From positions 1-55,361 of the forward strand of contig CAZVRG010000001.1 of assembly GCA_964630025.1 (NCBI GenBank): a stretch of 55,361 nt of DNA, read 5' to 3'. Origin of the DNA: an uncultured Candidatus Saccharibacteria bacterium. Its GTDB lineage: Bacteria > Patescibacteriota > Andersenbacteria > UBA10190 > CAIZMI01. The notes beneath the pieces were generated by a model that saw nothing but the letters and a program-made list of their open reading frames with translations, was not told where the DNA came from and did no database searches. This document shows positions 19,226-26,597 of the stretch, piece by piece. Made by a program: the position numbers and the translations under genes. The number at the start of each line of letters is the position of its first letter. The stretch's first letter is position 1.

Positions 19226-20110
19226 ATGGAGGAACACACAACCGAACACACGCAGCATTCCTCTTCCGCGGGAGAGGGAACACACCGTCGCCTGCGTACA
19301 CGAGACCTCATTATTGGTATGTTGGTGAGCGCGCTGGCGTTTTCCGTCCTGATCTTGGTGGTGGGGCTGCGCAGCGGGAAGCAAAAGGCGGTCTCCCCGG
19401 AGGCATTTGTTCCAGCGGTCGTACAACTCCATTGTTTCTTTCAAAGTGCGGAAGAATACGTGCAGGGCGGCAGCGGCATCTCTTTTGCGAACGGCACCAT
19501 TCAAACAAACGCGCATGTCGTGCGCATGCCGAGCGAATCCGACCCCGTCGGTGAGCGTGCGCGGGGATGTATGGTGTACTTCCCCACCGCGACCGGAAAG
19601 TTTTACGAACGGGCATACTGGGCGGGAAAGATTGACACGTATGATGACACCACTGCCATCATTGACGGGCAGGAAATCTCGAGTCTTGATTTTGCCATCC
19701 TGACCATTACCGAACCGGTGACAACGGAGGACAATCAAACCTTCCTGTTGCCAAAGCCGCACCCGGAAGGATTCTTTCCCGACATTGAAGCGATCAGCGC
19801 ACGAACATGTCCGAACGACCGTTCACCAGTAGAATTGGGAGAGCCGATCTTTATCCTTGGATACCCGAGCATTGGCGGCCCGGATATGACGATCACCGAA
19901 GGCATCGTGAGCGGCTTCGAAGGAGAGTTGAACCAGTTCGTAAAGACATCCGCAAAAATCGAGGAAGGGAACTCGGGCGGCATTGCCGTTTCTGCACGCG
20001 ACGGATGCTCCATCGGTATTCCGTCCCTGTCCGTCTCCGGAGAATTCGAAAGTATCCCGCGCATCCTGACGCACGAGACGATTTACACATACCTCGAGCA
20101 CCTTCAATAG
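19226..20110 (+). CDS. membrane-anchored trypsin-like (S1/HtrA-type) serine protease without a PDZ domain
   Basis: It has an N-terminal TM anchor (LIIGMLVSALAFSVLILVVGL). Catalytic triad contexts are TNAHVV (His), DFAILTI (Asp) and GNSGGIAV (Ser). Confidence 0.8.
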   Translation: MEEHTTEHTQHSSSAGEGTHRRLRTRDLIIGMLVSALAFSVLILVVGLRSGKQKAVSPEAFVPAVVQLHCFFQSAEEYVQGGSGISFANGTIQTNAHVVRMPSESDPVGERARGCMVYFPTATGKFYERAYWAGKIDTYDDTTAIIDGQEISSLDFAILTITEPVTTEDNQTFLLPKPHPEGFFPDIEAISARTCPNDRSPVELGEPIFILGYPSIGGPDMTITEGIVSGFEGELNQFVKTSAKIEEGNSGGIAVSARDGCSIGIPSLSVSGEFESIPRILTHETIYTYLEHLQ

Positions 20111-20246
20111 TGCATCGTTCCCGATCGCTCCCATACGGGTGACTGTGCGTCGTGGTCGGAAGATCTTCCTCTTCTCATGAAGAAGGGGGGTGCTCCGATC
20201 GAGGAGGTGCGATGCCGCATGCGCAGTGGCACGATATACTGACATC

Positions 20247-22661
20247 ATGTCCGGATTGTTTTTTCGTTTTCCACGGACGACGCTGCTCCTTTTGAGCGCG
20301 TGTATGAGCGTTGGTGTGTTCTTCATCACACCGCGCCTGCATCTTGTGGACGCGAGCAACAGTCCAGGAAAGGACACGACCATACCGGTATGGAGTGGCC
20401 TCACGGCACATCAGACATTTCGTTCGACACGCACTAGCCTCGTCGCTCTTCGGGTAGATACTGATCCGACTGCCCTGCCGGATACGCGTATCGAATTTCG
20501 GATTCGGCGCGCGCACGGCACGGATGATCTTCAGTTTTTCCAAGGGCCTGTTCACCAATTCCAGTCACCTGACAAACAGGCGCTTATCTTCACCTTCCCT
20601 CCGCTCAACACTGTCCGCAATGAAACACTTCTATTTTCTTTGAGCGCTCCAGAGGCGGCAAAAGCGTACGCGCTTCCCGTCCGCTTTGAAATTGCAGGGG
20701 GTCTGTACGCTGCCGGCGAACGATTTGAAAATGGACGCGTGCGCCCCGGCGATCTTGGTTTTACCGCGTGGGTACGCGCAGGACGTATCGAGTCGTGGAA
20801 ACTGCGCCTCCGTGAAGGAACAAGCGGGCTGTGGGTCGCGGGCGCCATCGTTTTGATAGTGATCGGTTTGCTCCTCATTGATTTCCTGCCCGCATGGAGA
20901 CATCTGCCGTCGCGCACGACACCGTGGACACGCATTGCGCTTCTCGCGAGCGTTGCGATCGCAGTACTCTATACGCTTCCGGTCTACGCGCGACTGGGCT
21001 ATTGGGGCACGGACGAGGGTGACTGGCCCGAGCTTGTAAGCCATCTGTCCGCCGCACGACAAACGTTGGCGTTCGGAGAATTTCCCGGTTGGAATCCGTA
21101 CATGTGCGGTGGAACTCCCGGTTTCGCAAATCCGCAAACATACTTTCTCTCGCCAACGCTTCTTGCATCCATGATCGCCGGAGAGGTGGTTGGCCCGAAG
21201 CTGGTCGTTCCACTTGTTCTTGCCAGTGGACTCTTCGGATTCTTTCTTCTCGCGCGCGCACTCCATCTCCGCGGTATCGCCGCTCTTCTTCCCGGCATGG
21301 TGTTTCTCTTGAGCGGTTTCACCACCACCCATCTGGCAAATGGACAATTTCTTTGGCTCACGCTTGCCTGGGTTCCCTGGGTGATGGTGGGCTACCTGCG
21401 AAGCCTCGATGGTTCGCGATGGTGGACGCTCCTTGCCGCCGGTTCTCTTACACTGATCTTCGTAGAAGGCCGCGTCTATCTCGTTGCGTATGTGGTGCTT
21501 GCCTTGTGCATGCTCGCCGTATTTCTTTCTCTTCAGCAGCGCCGGACGCGCCCGCTCCAACAGCTTGTGCTTGTGGGCGCTCTGTTCATTGCACTCGGTG
21601 CCTGGAAGCTGTTGCCAACGCTCACATTCCTTGCGGATCGAGAGCTTGCGCTTTCCAATACAGACGGTATCCCGCTGAGCGGTCTTGATGAGGCATTTCT
21701 CCGACGTGATGTCACGCCTTCTGGCACTGATGTGTTTGGTACCGTGCATCTTCCCCGCCACGAATACGCCGCGTACATCGGCATCCTGCCGCTCTTCCTC
21801 GCCGCGCTCAGCATGCTCCGAAACACGCGAAGACGCGCGCTCCCGCTTCTTGGCATGGGAGGAGTATTCCTCTTCCTCGCAACACAATCGGCCAGTGCGT
21901 CGGTGCTCGAATATATGCCGATTCTGCGCGAGCTCCGAAATCCCTCACGAATGCTGAGTATGGTGGTATTCTCCATCGCCCTGTTGTCCGGACTTGGACT
22001 GCAGACGCTTCTGCGGCACGTTGAAGCGCGGCGTTCCTCCTGGCTGTGGTATACGGTCGCGCTCGGCTGTTTTGTCATAATCCTTGCCGACCTTGTCCTC
22101 ATCGGGTGGTCGAACTTCGCGCATCTCTTCCCGCGTGCCCCACAACCGCACACCTTTATCGACACGGGATTCTTTCAGACGAAGGCACCAGATGTTCAAG
22201 CCGCAAACGGATACCCTGCGGTTGCGGCAGGAAAAGGCGCTCGGGATTTTTGTCCGGCCGTGCTGCGCGCGTATCGTCCTGTCCATGCCGTGCGCGTCCG
22301 CGAGGACTCCAATTACCGAGGCGAAGTCTATGCCGAGAACGGCGCGTCTGTTCGCCTTCTTCAGCAGACGCCAAATAGCGTTCGCGTCGCGGTGGATACA
22401 GATGCCCCCGACACCATCGTTGTGAATCAGCAGTTCGACCGCGGATGGTCTGCGCGGCCATTTCCTGTTGAGAACCACGGGACACTTCTCGCCGCTCCTG
22501 TGCCTGTCGGACGCCACGTTGTCGTCTTCCGGTATCGGCCGCCGGGAATCATGTTGGGAAGTCTTGTCAGCGTCGCAACGGTTGTGGGGCTGGCGGCGGT
22601 ATGGATGCGCACGCGCTTCGCGCACGGTTCACACACCAGGCGCTCATCTGAAACGTCCTAA
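20247..22661 (+). CDS. YfhO-like GT-C membrane glycosyltransferase with an N-terminal extracytoplasmic module
   Basis: About 804 aa from the ATG at 20247 (the track ORF starts at 20190). It has the first-loop motif FPGWNPYMCGGTPGFANPQ and many TM helices. The C-terminal beta-rich domain ends in a TM anchor (VVVFRYRPPG ... VATVVGLAAVW), as in YfhO proteins. Confidence 0.7.
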   Translation: MSGLFFRFPRTTLLLLSACMSVGVFFITPRLHLVDASNSPGKDTTIPVWSGLTAHQTFRSTRTSLVALRVDTDPTALPDTRIEFRIRRAHGTDDLQFFQGPVHQFQSPDKQALIFTFPPLNTVRNETLLFSLSAPEAAKAYALPVRFEIAGGLYAAGERFENGRVRPGDLGFTAWVRAGRIESWKLRLREGTSGLWVAGAIVLIVIGLLLIDFLPAWRHLPSRTTPWTRIALLASVAIAVLYTLPVYARLGYWGTDEGDWPELVSHLSAARQTLAFGEFPGWNPYMCGGTPGFANPQTYFLSPTLLASMIAGEVVGPKLVVPLVLASGLFGFFLLARALHLRGIAALLPGMVFLLSGFTTTHLANGQFLWLTLAWVPWVMVGYLRSLDGSRWWTLLAAGSLTLIFVEGRVYLVAYVVLALCMLAVFLSLQQRRTRPLQQLVLVGALFIALGAWKLLPTLTFLADRELALSNTDGIPLSGLDEAFLRRDVTPSGTDVFGTVHLPRHEYAAYIGILPLFLAALSMLRNTRRRALPLLGMGGVFLFLATQSASASVLEYMPILRELRNPSRMLSMVVFSIALLSGLGLQTLLRHVEARRSSWLWYTVALGCFVIILADLVLIGWSNFAHLFPRAPQPHTFIDTGFFQTKAPDVQAANGYPAVAAGKGARDFCPAVLRAYRPVHAVRVREDSNYRGEVYAENGASVRLLQQTPNSVRVAVDTDAPDTIVVNQQFDRGWSARPFPVENHGTLLAAPVPVGRHVVVFRYRPPGIMLGSLVSVATVVGLAAVWMRTRFAHGSHTRRSSETS

Positions 22662-22757
22662 GAGGACGCAACGACTATGTCACCTCATATCCCACTGCGA
22701 ACGATTGGACGCCCTGTCCATTCATGCTAGGGTGAGGAGTGCTTTTTTCCTGACATC

Positions 22758-24569
22758 ATGATCGAGGCAAAACGGATCTACGCCGAAAAGGCGCTGCAAA
22801 GTCTTCCGCGACTCTTGAGTCTTCTCGACCGCAATTCATTCTCCCCGACGTACGGTTGCTTTCACCGCGACTATTGGCTGTATAAGACGTCAGATTTCCC
22901 GGATGCCGTTCGCCAATTTGGCGTTCATGCATTGGCGCTCGTCTACGCAAACAATTTCCCGAATAATCCATACCGCGGTAACCATCGGATGCGCGAGTGG
23001 ACAATCGCCGCGCTTGATTTCTGGGCCAAGATCCAGCATGCGGATGGATCCTTCGACGAGTTTTATCCGTTTGAGCGCGGCTGGGTTGGGCCAACAGCCT
23101 TTACGACGTACACAAGCAGTGAAGCGTTGCGTCTGCTTGGCGACGAGGTCCCGCCGGAAGTTTCTGCCCGCGTGAAAAACGCGATTCGCCGTGCGGCGCA
23201 GTTCATCGCGGCGGGAGAAACCGAGGAGGACCATCTCGCAAATCACCATGCGATGGCATTTCTTTCTGTTTCCACGGCCGCCGACATTCTCGACGACGCG
23301 GAGTTGCGGCGTGCCGCGCAAAAACTTCTTGCTGGATTTCTCCGGTATCACGTTTCGGAGGAAGGATGGTGCTTGGAGTACGACGGCGCCGATCCGGGAT
23401 ACCTTTCCGCCACCGTATCGTTTCTCGGAAAGGTCTATGCGCGTCATCCGTCCCAGGACCTCCGTGCGATTCTCGAAAAGGCCGCCGAGTTTTGCAGCTA
23501 CTTTGTGTACCCCGACGGCTCGTATGCCGGCGTTCTGGGAAGTCGCAACACTCTACACTTCTATCCGCATGGGTTTGAACTGCTCGCGCCGGAGATTCCA
23601 CTGGCGGGAAGCATTGCCGACCGCATGGCATCCGCGCTCGCGGAAGGAAAACTTGTCCCGCCGGAAATCATGTCCGATCGGTATGTCCACTATCGCGTAC
23701 CGGAATTCCTTCTCGCGTCACTCGACGCGCGTCCGCGACCGCAGCATCCTCCCCTTCTTCCATATCAACGTTCCGCATTCGTCAAAGTATTCCCCAAGGC
23801 AGGCATTGCTGCTGCGGTGCATGGTCCGGCGTATACAGTCGCAAACCTCGCAAAAGGCGGAGTCGTGCGCAGCGTTCATGCTGCAAGCGGAAAATCGCTT
23901 CTGACGGATAGCGGATGGGTGGGCGAATTAGATGACGGACGGTTTGTGACCTCGCAATGGATCGATCCGACCTACCATATGCGCCTTTCAAACGATCAGG
24001 TCGTCCCCGCGAAAGCGGGGACCAGTACGGAACAGGTCCCCGATGACGCTCGGGGACAACACGGCGGTGTTGATTCCCGCATGCGCGAGAATGACATGAA
24101 AAAGGCAATACCCGCTCGCTGGTCCGTTTCCGGCGAATTGCATGTCATTCCGTCTGCCAAACTCTTTACATTAACGACCAATCTGGCATTTCGCTCCGCG
24201 CTGCGCGCGCTGGGATGGTTCCCGCCGGCCGCGCACTGGCTGAAGGGAAAGATTCGCAAAACGCTCATTCTCGGACGACGACCGATCCCCTGCGCCTTCA
24301 CACGCGTTCTTGAGCTTCGTGACGATGCGCTCGTGGTAACCGATACGCTGGAGAATGCGGGAAACCTCCGTTTCCGCCGTGTCACGCTTGGCGGCGACAT
24401 ACCGCTGCGCTATGTTCCGCAAAGCAGATTCTTTCAGCCCCACGAACTCGTGACCAGCAGTCAGCTGCTTTCGCCATCTGACCTCGACCGCCTGAATCGC
24501 GGCGAGACGCTTCAGCAGGAACGAACCATATTGCTGACAGCACCGCTACCTGAAGCGACTAAAAAGTGA
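22758..24569 (+). CDS. hypothetical soluble protein with a helical-repeat N-terminal half (possible alpha/alpha toroid) and a beta-rich C-terminal half
   Basis: 603 aa with no TM helix. It sits in the operon between a YfhO-like gene and a GT2 gene. I recognised no motif. It carries an internal hairpin-repeat insertion (see the repeat at 23995..24105). Confidence 0.6.
   Translation: MIEAKRIYAEKALQSLPRLLSLLDRNSFSPTYGCFHRDYWLYKTSDFPDAVRQFGVHALALVYANNFPNNPYRGNHRMREWTIAALDFWAKIQHADGSFDEFYPFERGWVGPTAFTTYTSSEALRLLGDEVPPEVSARVKNAIRRAAQFIAAGETEEDHLANHHAMAFLSVSTAADILDDAELRRAAQKLLAGFLRYHVSEEGWCLEYDGADPGYLSATVSFLGKVYARHPSQDLRAILEKAAEFCSYFVYPDGSYAGVLGSRNTLHFYPHGFELLAPEIPLAGSIADRMASALAEGKLVPPEIMSDRYVHYRVPEFLLASLDARPRPQHPPLLPYQRSAFVKVFPKAGIAAAVHGPAYTVANLAKGGVVRSVHAASGKSLLTDSGWVGELDDGRFVTSQWIDPTYHMRLSNDQVVPAKAGTSTEQVPDDARGQHGGVDSRMRENDMKKAIPARWSVSGELHVIPSAKLFTLTTNLAFRSALRALGWFPPAAHWLKGKIRKTLILGRRPIPCAFTRVLELRDDALVVTDTLENAGNLRFRRVTLGGDIPLRYVPQSRFFQPHELVTSSQLLSPSDLDRLNRGETLQQERTILLTAPLPEATKK
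23995..24105. repeat. cluster of three short hairpins (palindromic repeat element) lying in-frame inside the CDS 22758..24569
   Basis: Hairpin 1: GTCCCCGC-GAAA-GCGGGGAC at 24003-24022. Hairpin 2: GTCCCCGA-TGACGC-TCGGGGAC at 24036-24057. Hairpin 3: ATTCCCGC-ATGC-GCGAGAAT at 24073-24092. The first hairpin is 19/20 identical to the one at 50651-50670. The element boundaries are approximate. Confidence 0.55.
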
Positions 24570-24589
24570 GATATACTCCGGATACGTTT

Positions 24590-25342
24590 ATGGGATATCG
24601 ACCGAAAACAGTCGCAATCTTTATTGCGTATAACGCCGAAAAAACTCTCGAAGAGTTCTGGCACGCGTTCCCGAAAGAGCTCTTCGATGAAATAATCCTC
24701 GTTGACGACGCATCACACGATCAGACGTTTGCACTTGCGCAACAGCTCGGCATTCAGTCCTATCGCAATCAGGTGAACCGAGGATACGGAGGAAACTTGA
24801 AACGCGCGTTGGAGATCGCGCTGCAGAATGGCGCAGACATCATCGTCGACATACATCCGGACGGAGAATACAAAACCTCCGCCATCGTGCCCGCCCTCCG
24901 GGCAATAGAACAGGGATCGGAATTCGTTTTAGGGAATAGATTCTCTGATGTTCGCGCTCCCCTACGGAATGGGATGTACGTCTGGAAACTCTTCCCCATT
25001 CTCCTGCTCGGCGTTCTCTGCAAAACGGTTCTGCGCCTTCCTCTGAATGATTACCATCAAGGTTTCCGTGTGTATACGAAAACCCTGCTGCAGAAGGTGA
25101 ACTACAAAGCGAACGCGAATGATTATCGCTTTAGCTTCCAGCTGTTGGCGCAGGCGGCATTTCATCACATCAAGGTCCAACAAGTGCCTGTCGAAGTGCG
25201 ATACGCGGGCCACAAGCGAGGCGCAAGCCTGAAAAACAGTATTCTGTACGTTTTCCAAACCCTCGAAGTGCTGTGGGCGTTTCTCCTTGCGCGGCTTGGT
25301 TTTCCGAGCAACGTCTTCCAGAAGCCAGAAGGGCTATCATAG
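24590..25342 (+). CDS. family 2 glycosyltransferase
   Basis: Motifs: VAIFIAYNAEKTL, ILVDDASHDQT, VDIHPDGEY. The first ATG is at 24590. The track start at 24566 is a GTG overlapping the upstream stop. Confidence 0.8.
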   Translation: MGYRPKTVAIFIAYNAEKTLEEFWHAFPKELFDEIILVDDASHDQTFALAQQLGIQSYRNQVNRGYGGNLKRALEIALQNGADIIVDIHPDGEYKTSAIVPALRAIEQGSEFVLGNRFSDVRAPLRNGMYVWKLFPILLLGVLCKTVLRLPLNDYHQGFRVYTKTLLQKVNYKANANDYRFSFQLLAQAAFHHIKVQQVPVEVRYAGHKRGASLKNSILYVFQTLEVLWAFLLARLGFPSNVFQKPEGLS

Positions 25343-25346
25343 ATGT

Positions 25347-26576
25347 ATGCCGCGATATCTGTATAAAAAGCACTGCCGTATCTGCGGAGGCGCACGGATG
25401 ATCCAAGTGCTGGATGTGGGAACAATGCCGCCGGCAAATTCGTTTTTGAAGAAAGAGGAACGCTCAAAGCGGGAAGCGTCGTTTCCATTGCGCGTGTCAT
25501 TCTGTCCGTCCTGCACGCTTCTTCAGCTTCGAGATCGTGTCGATCCGCAATACTTGTTTCGACACTACGCGTATATGACGTCGGCATCGAAACCGCTTGT
25601 GGACTATTTCACGGAGTACGGGGCGGAGCTGTCTCGGCGATTTGTTACTTCCGAAAACGACTTGGTTGTGGAGATTGGCGGGAACGACGGACCGCTCCTC
25701 TTGGCATTACAAAACACCTGCCGCGTGCTCAACATTGAGCCGGCAAGAAATATTGCGCAAATTTCTCACACAAAGGGCATCCCAACCATCAGCGAGTTCT
25801 TCTCCGAAGCGTTAGCGAAGAAAATCGTATCCGAGCACGGAACCGCAACCGTCCTCACGGGCAGCAATGTCTTTGCGCACATTGATGATATGCAAGACGT
25901 CTTTCGCGGCGCAAAACATCTCATTGGGCGCACGGGCGTGTTCGCGATGGAAGTGCACTGGGTGGGAAATCTGATCTACGAGGGCGGATTCGACCAAATT
26001 TATCATGAGCATCTCTGCTACTATTCGCTCCGCGCGCTCCAATTTTTCGCTCGACGGTTTGGGCTCAAGGTGTTCCATGCGGAAATTACCCGCATGCATG
26101 GCGCAACGCTCCGGGTGTTCCTCGCCGCATCCCGCCCGGTGCAGCCTTCCGTTCTCATGCTGCTCGCGCAGGAACGCGTCCTCGGCCTCGAGAAACTGTC
26201 GACATACAGGAAATTCGCCGCGCGGGTTCGGAAGAATCAAAAAGATCTCCGCGCGTTGCTCCTGCGCCTGAAACGTCAGGGAAAAACGATTGCCGGATAC
26301 GGCGCCCCGGCAAAAGGCAACACGTTGCTGAATTCCTGCCACATCGACAGCTCAATCATTGACTACATTGTCGACACGACCATCTTCAAGCAGGGACTGT
26401 ACACACCCGGCGGGCACATTCCCGTGTATCCACCGGAGTATTTCGCGCAGCACCCGCCGGCGTACACGCTCTTGCTCGCGTGGAACTACGCCGACGCCGT
26501 CCTGAAGAAAGAAGAACACTATCGGAAGAACGGCGGGAAGTTTATCATCCCCGTACCGGAGGTTGTGATTGTGTGA
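25347..26576 (+). CDS. SAM-dependent C-methyltransferase, NDP-hexose C-methyltransferase type (paralog 3 of 3)
   Basis: Motifs: zinc ribbon CRICGG ... CPSCTLLQL, VVEIGGNDG, GYGAPAKGNTLLN, VDTTIFKQGLYTPGGHIPV, LLLAWNYADAV, GGKFIIPVPE. The ATG at 25347 lies 5 nt after the upstream stop. Confidence 0.8.
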   Translation: MPRYLYKKHCRICGGARMIQVLDVGTMPPANSFLKKEERSKREASFPLRVSFCPSCTLLQLRDRVDPQYLFRHYAYMTSASKPLVDYFTEYGAELSRRFVTSENDLVVEIGGNDGPLLLALQNTCRVLNIEPARNIAQISHTKGIPTISEFFSEALAKKIVSEHGTATVLTGSNVFAHIDDMQDVFRGAKHLIGRTGVFAMEVHWVGNLIYEGGFDQIYHEHLCYYSLRALQFFARRFGLKVFHAEITRMHGATLRVFLAASRPVQPSVLMLLAQERVLGLEKLSTYRKFAARVRKNQKDLRALLLRLKRQGKTIAGYGAPAKGNTLLNSCHIDSSIIDYIVDTTIFKQGLYTPGGHIPVYPPEYFAQHPPAYTLLLAWNYADAVLKKEEHYRKNGGKFIIPVPEVVIV

Positions 26577-26597
26577 GCCACTGATTCCCAAGCACTG

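Noticed and set aside
20631-21887. 418 aa minus-strand ORF inside the YfhO-like gene 20247..22661
   Set aside because: It is an antisense shadow ORF with R/K/E/C-rich, non-protein-like composition. The plus-strand frame has coherent TM helices and paralog conservation.
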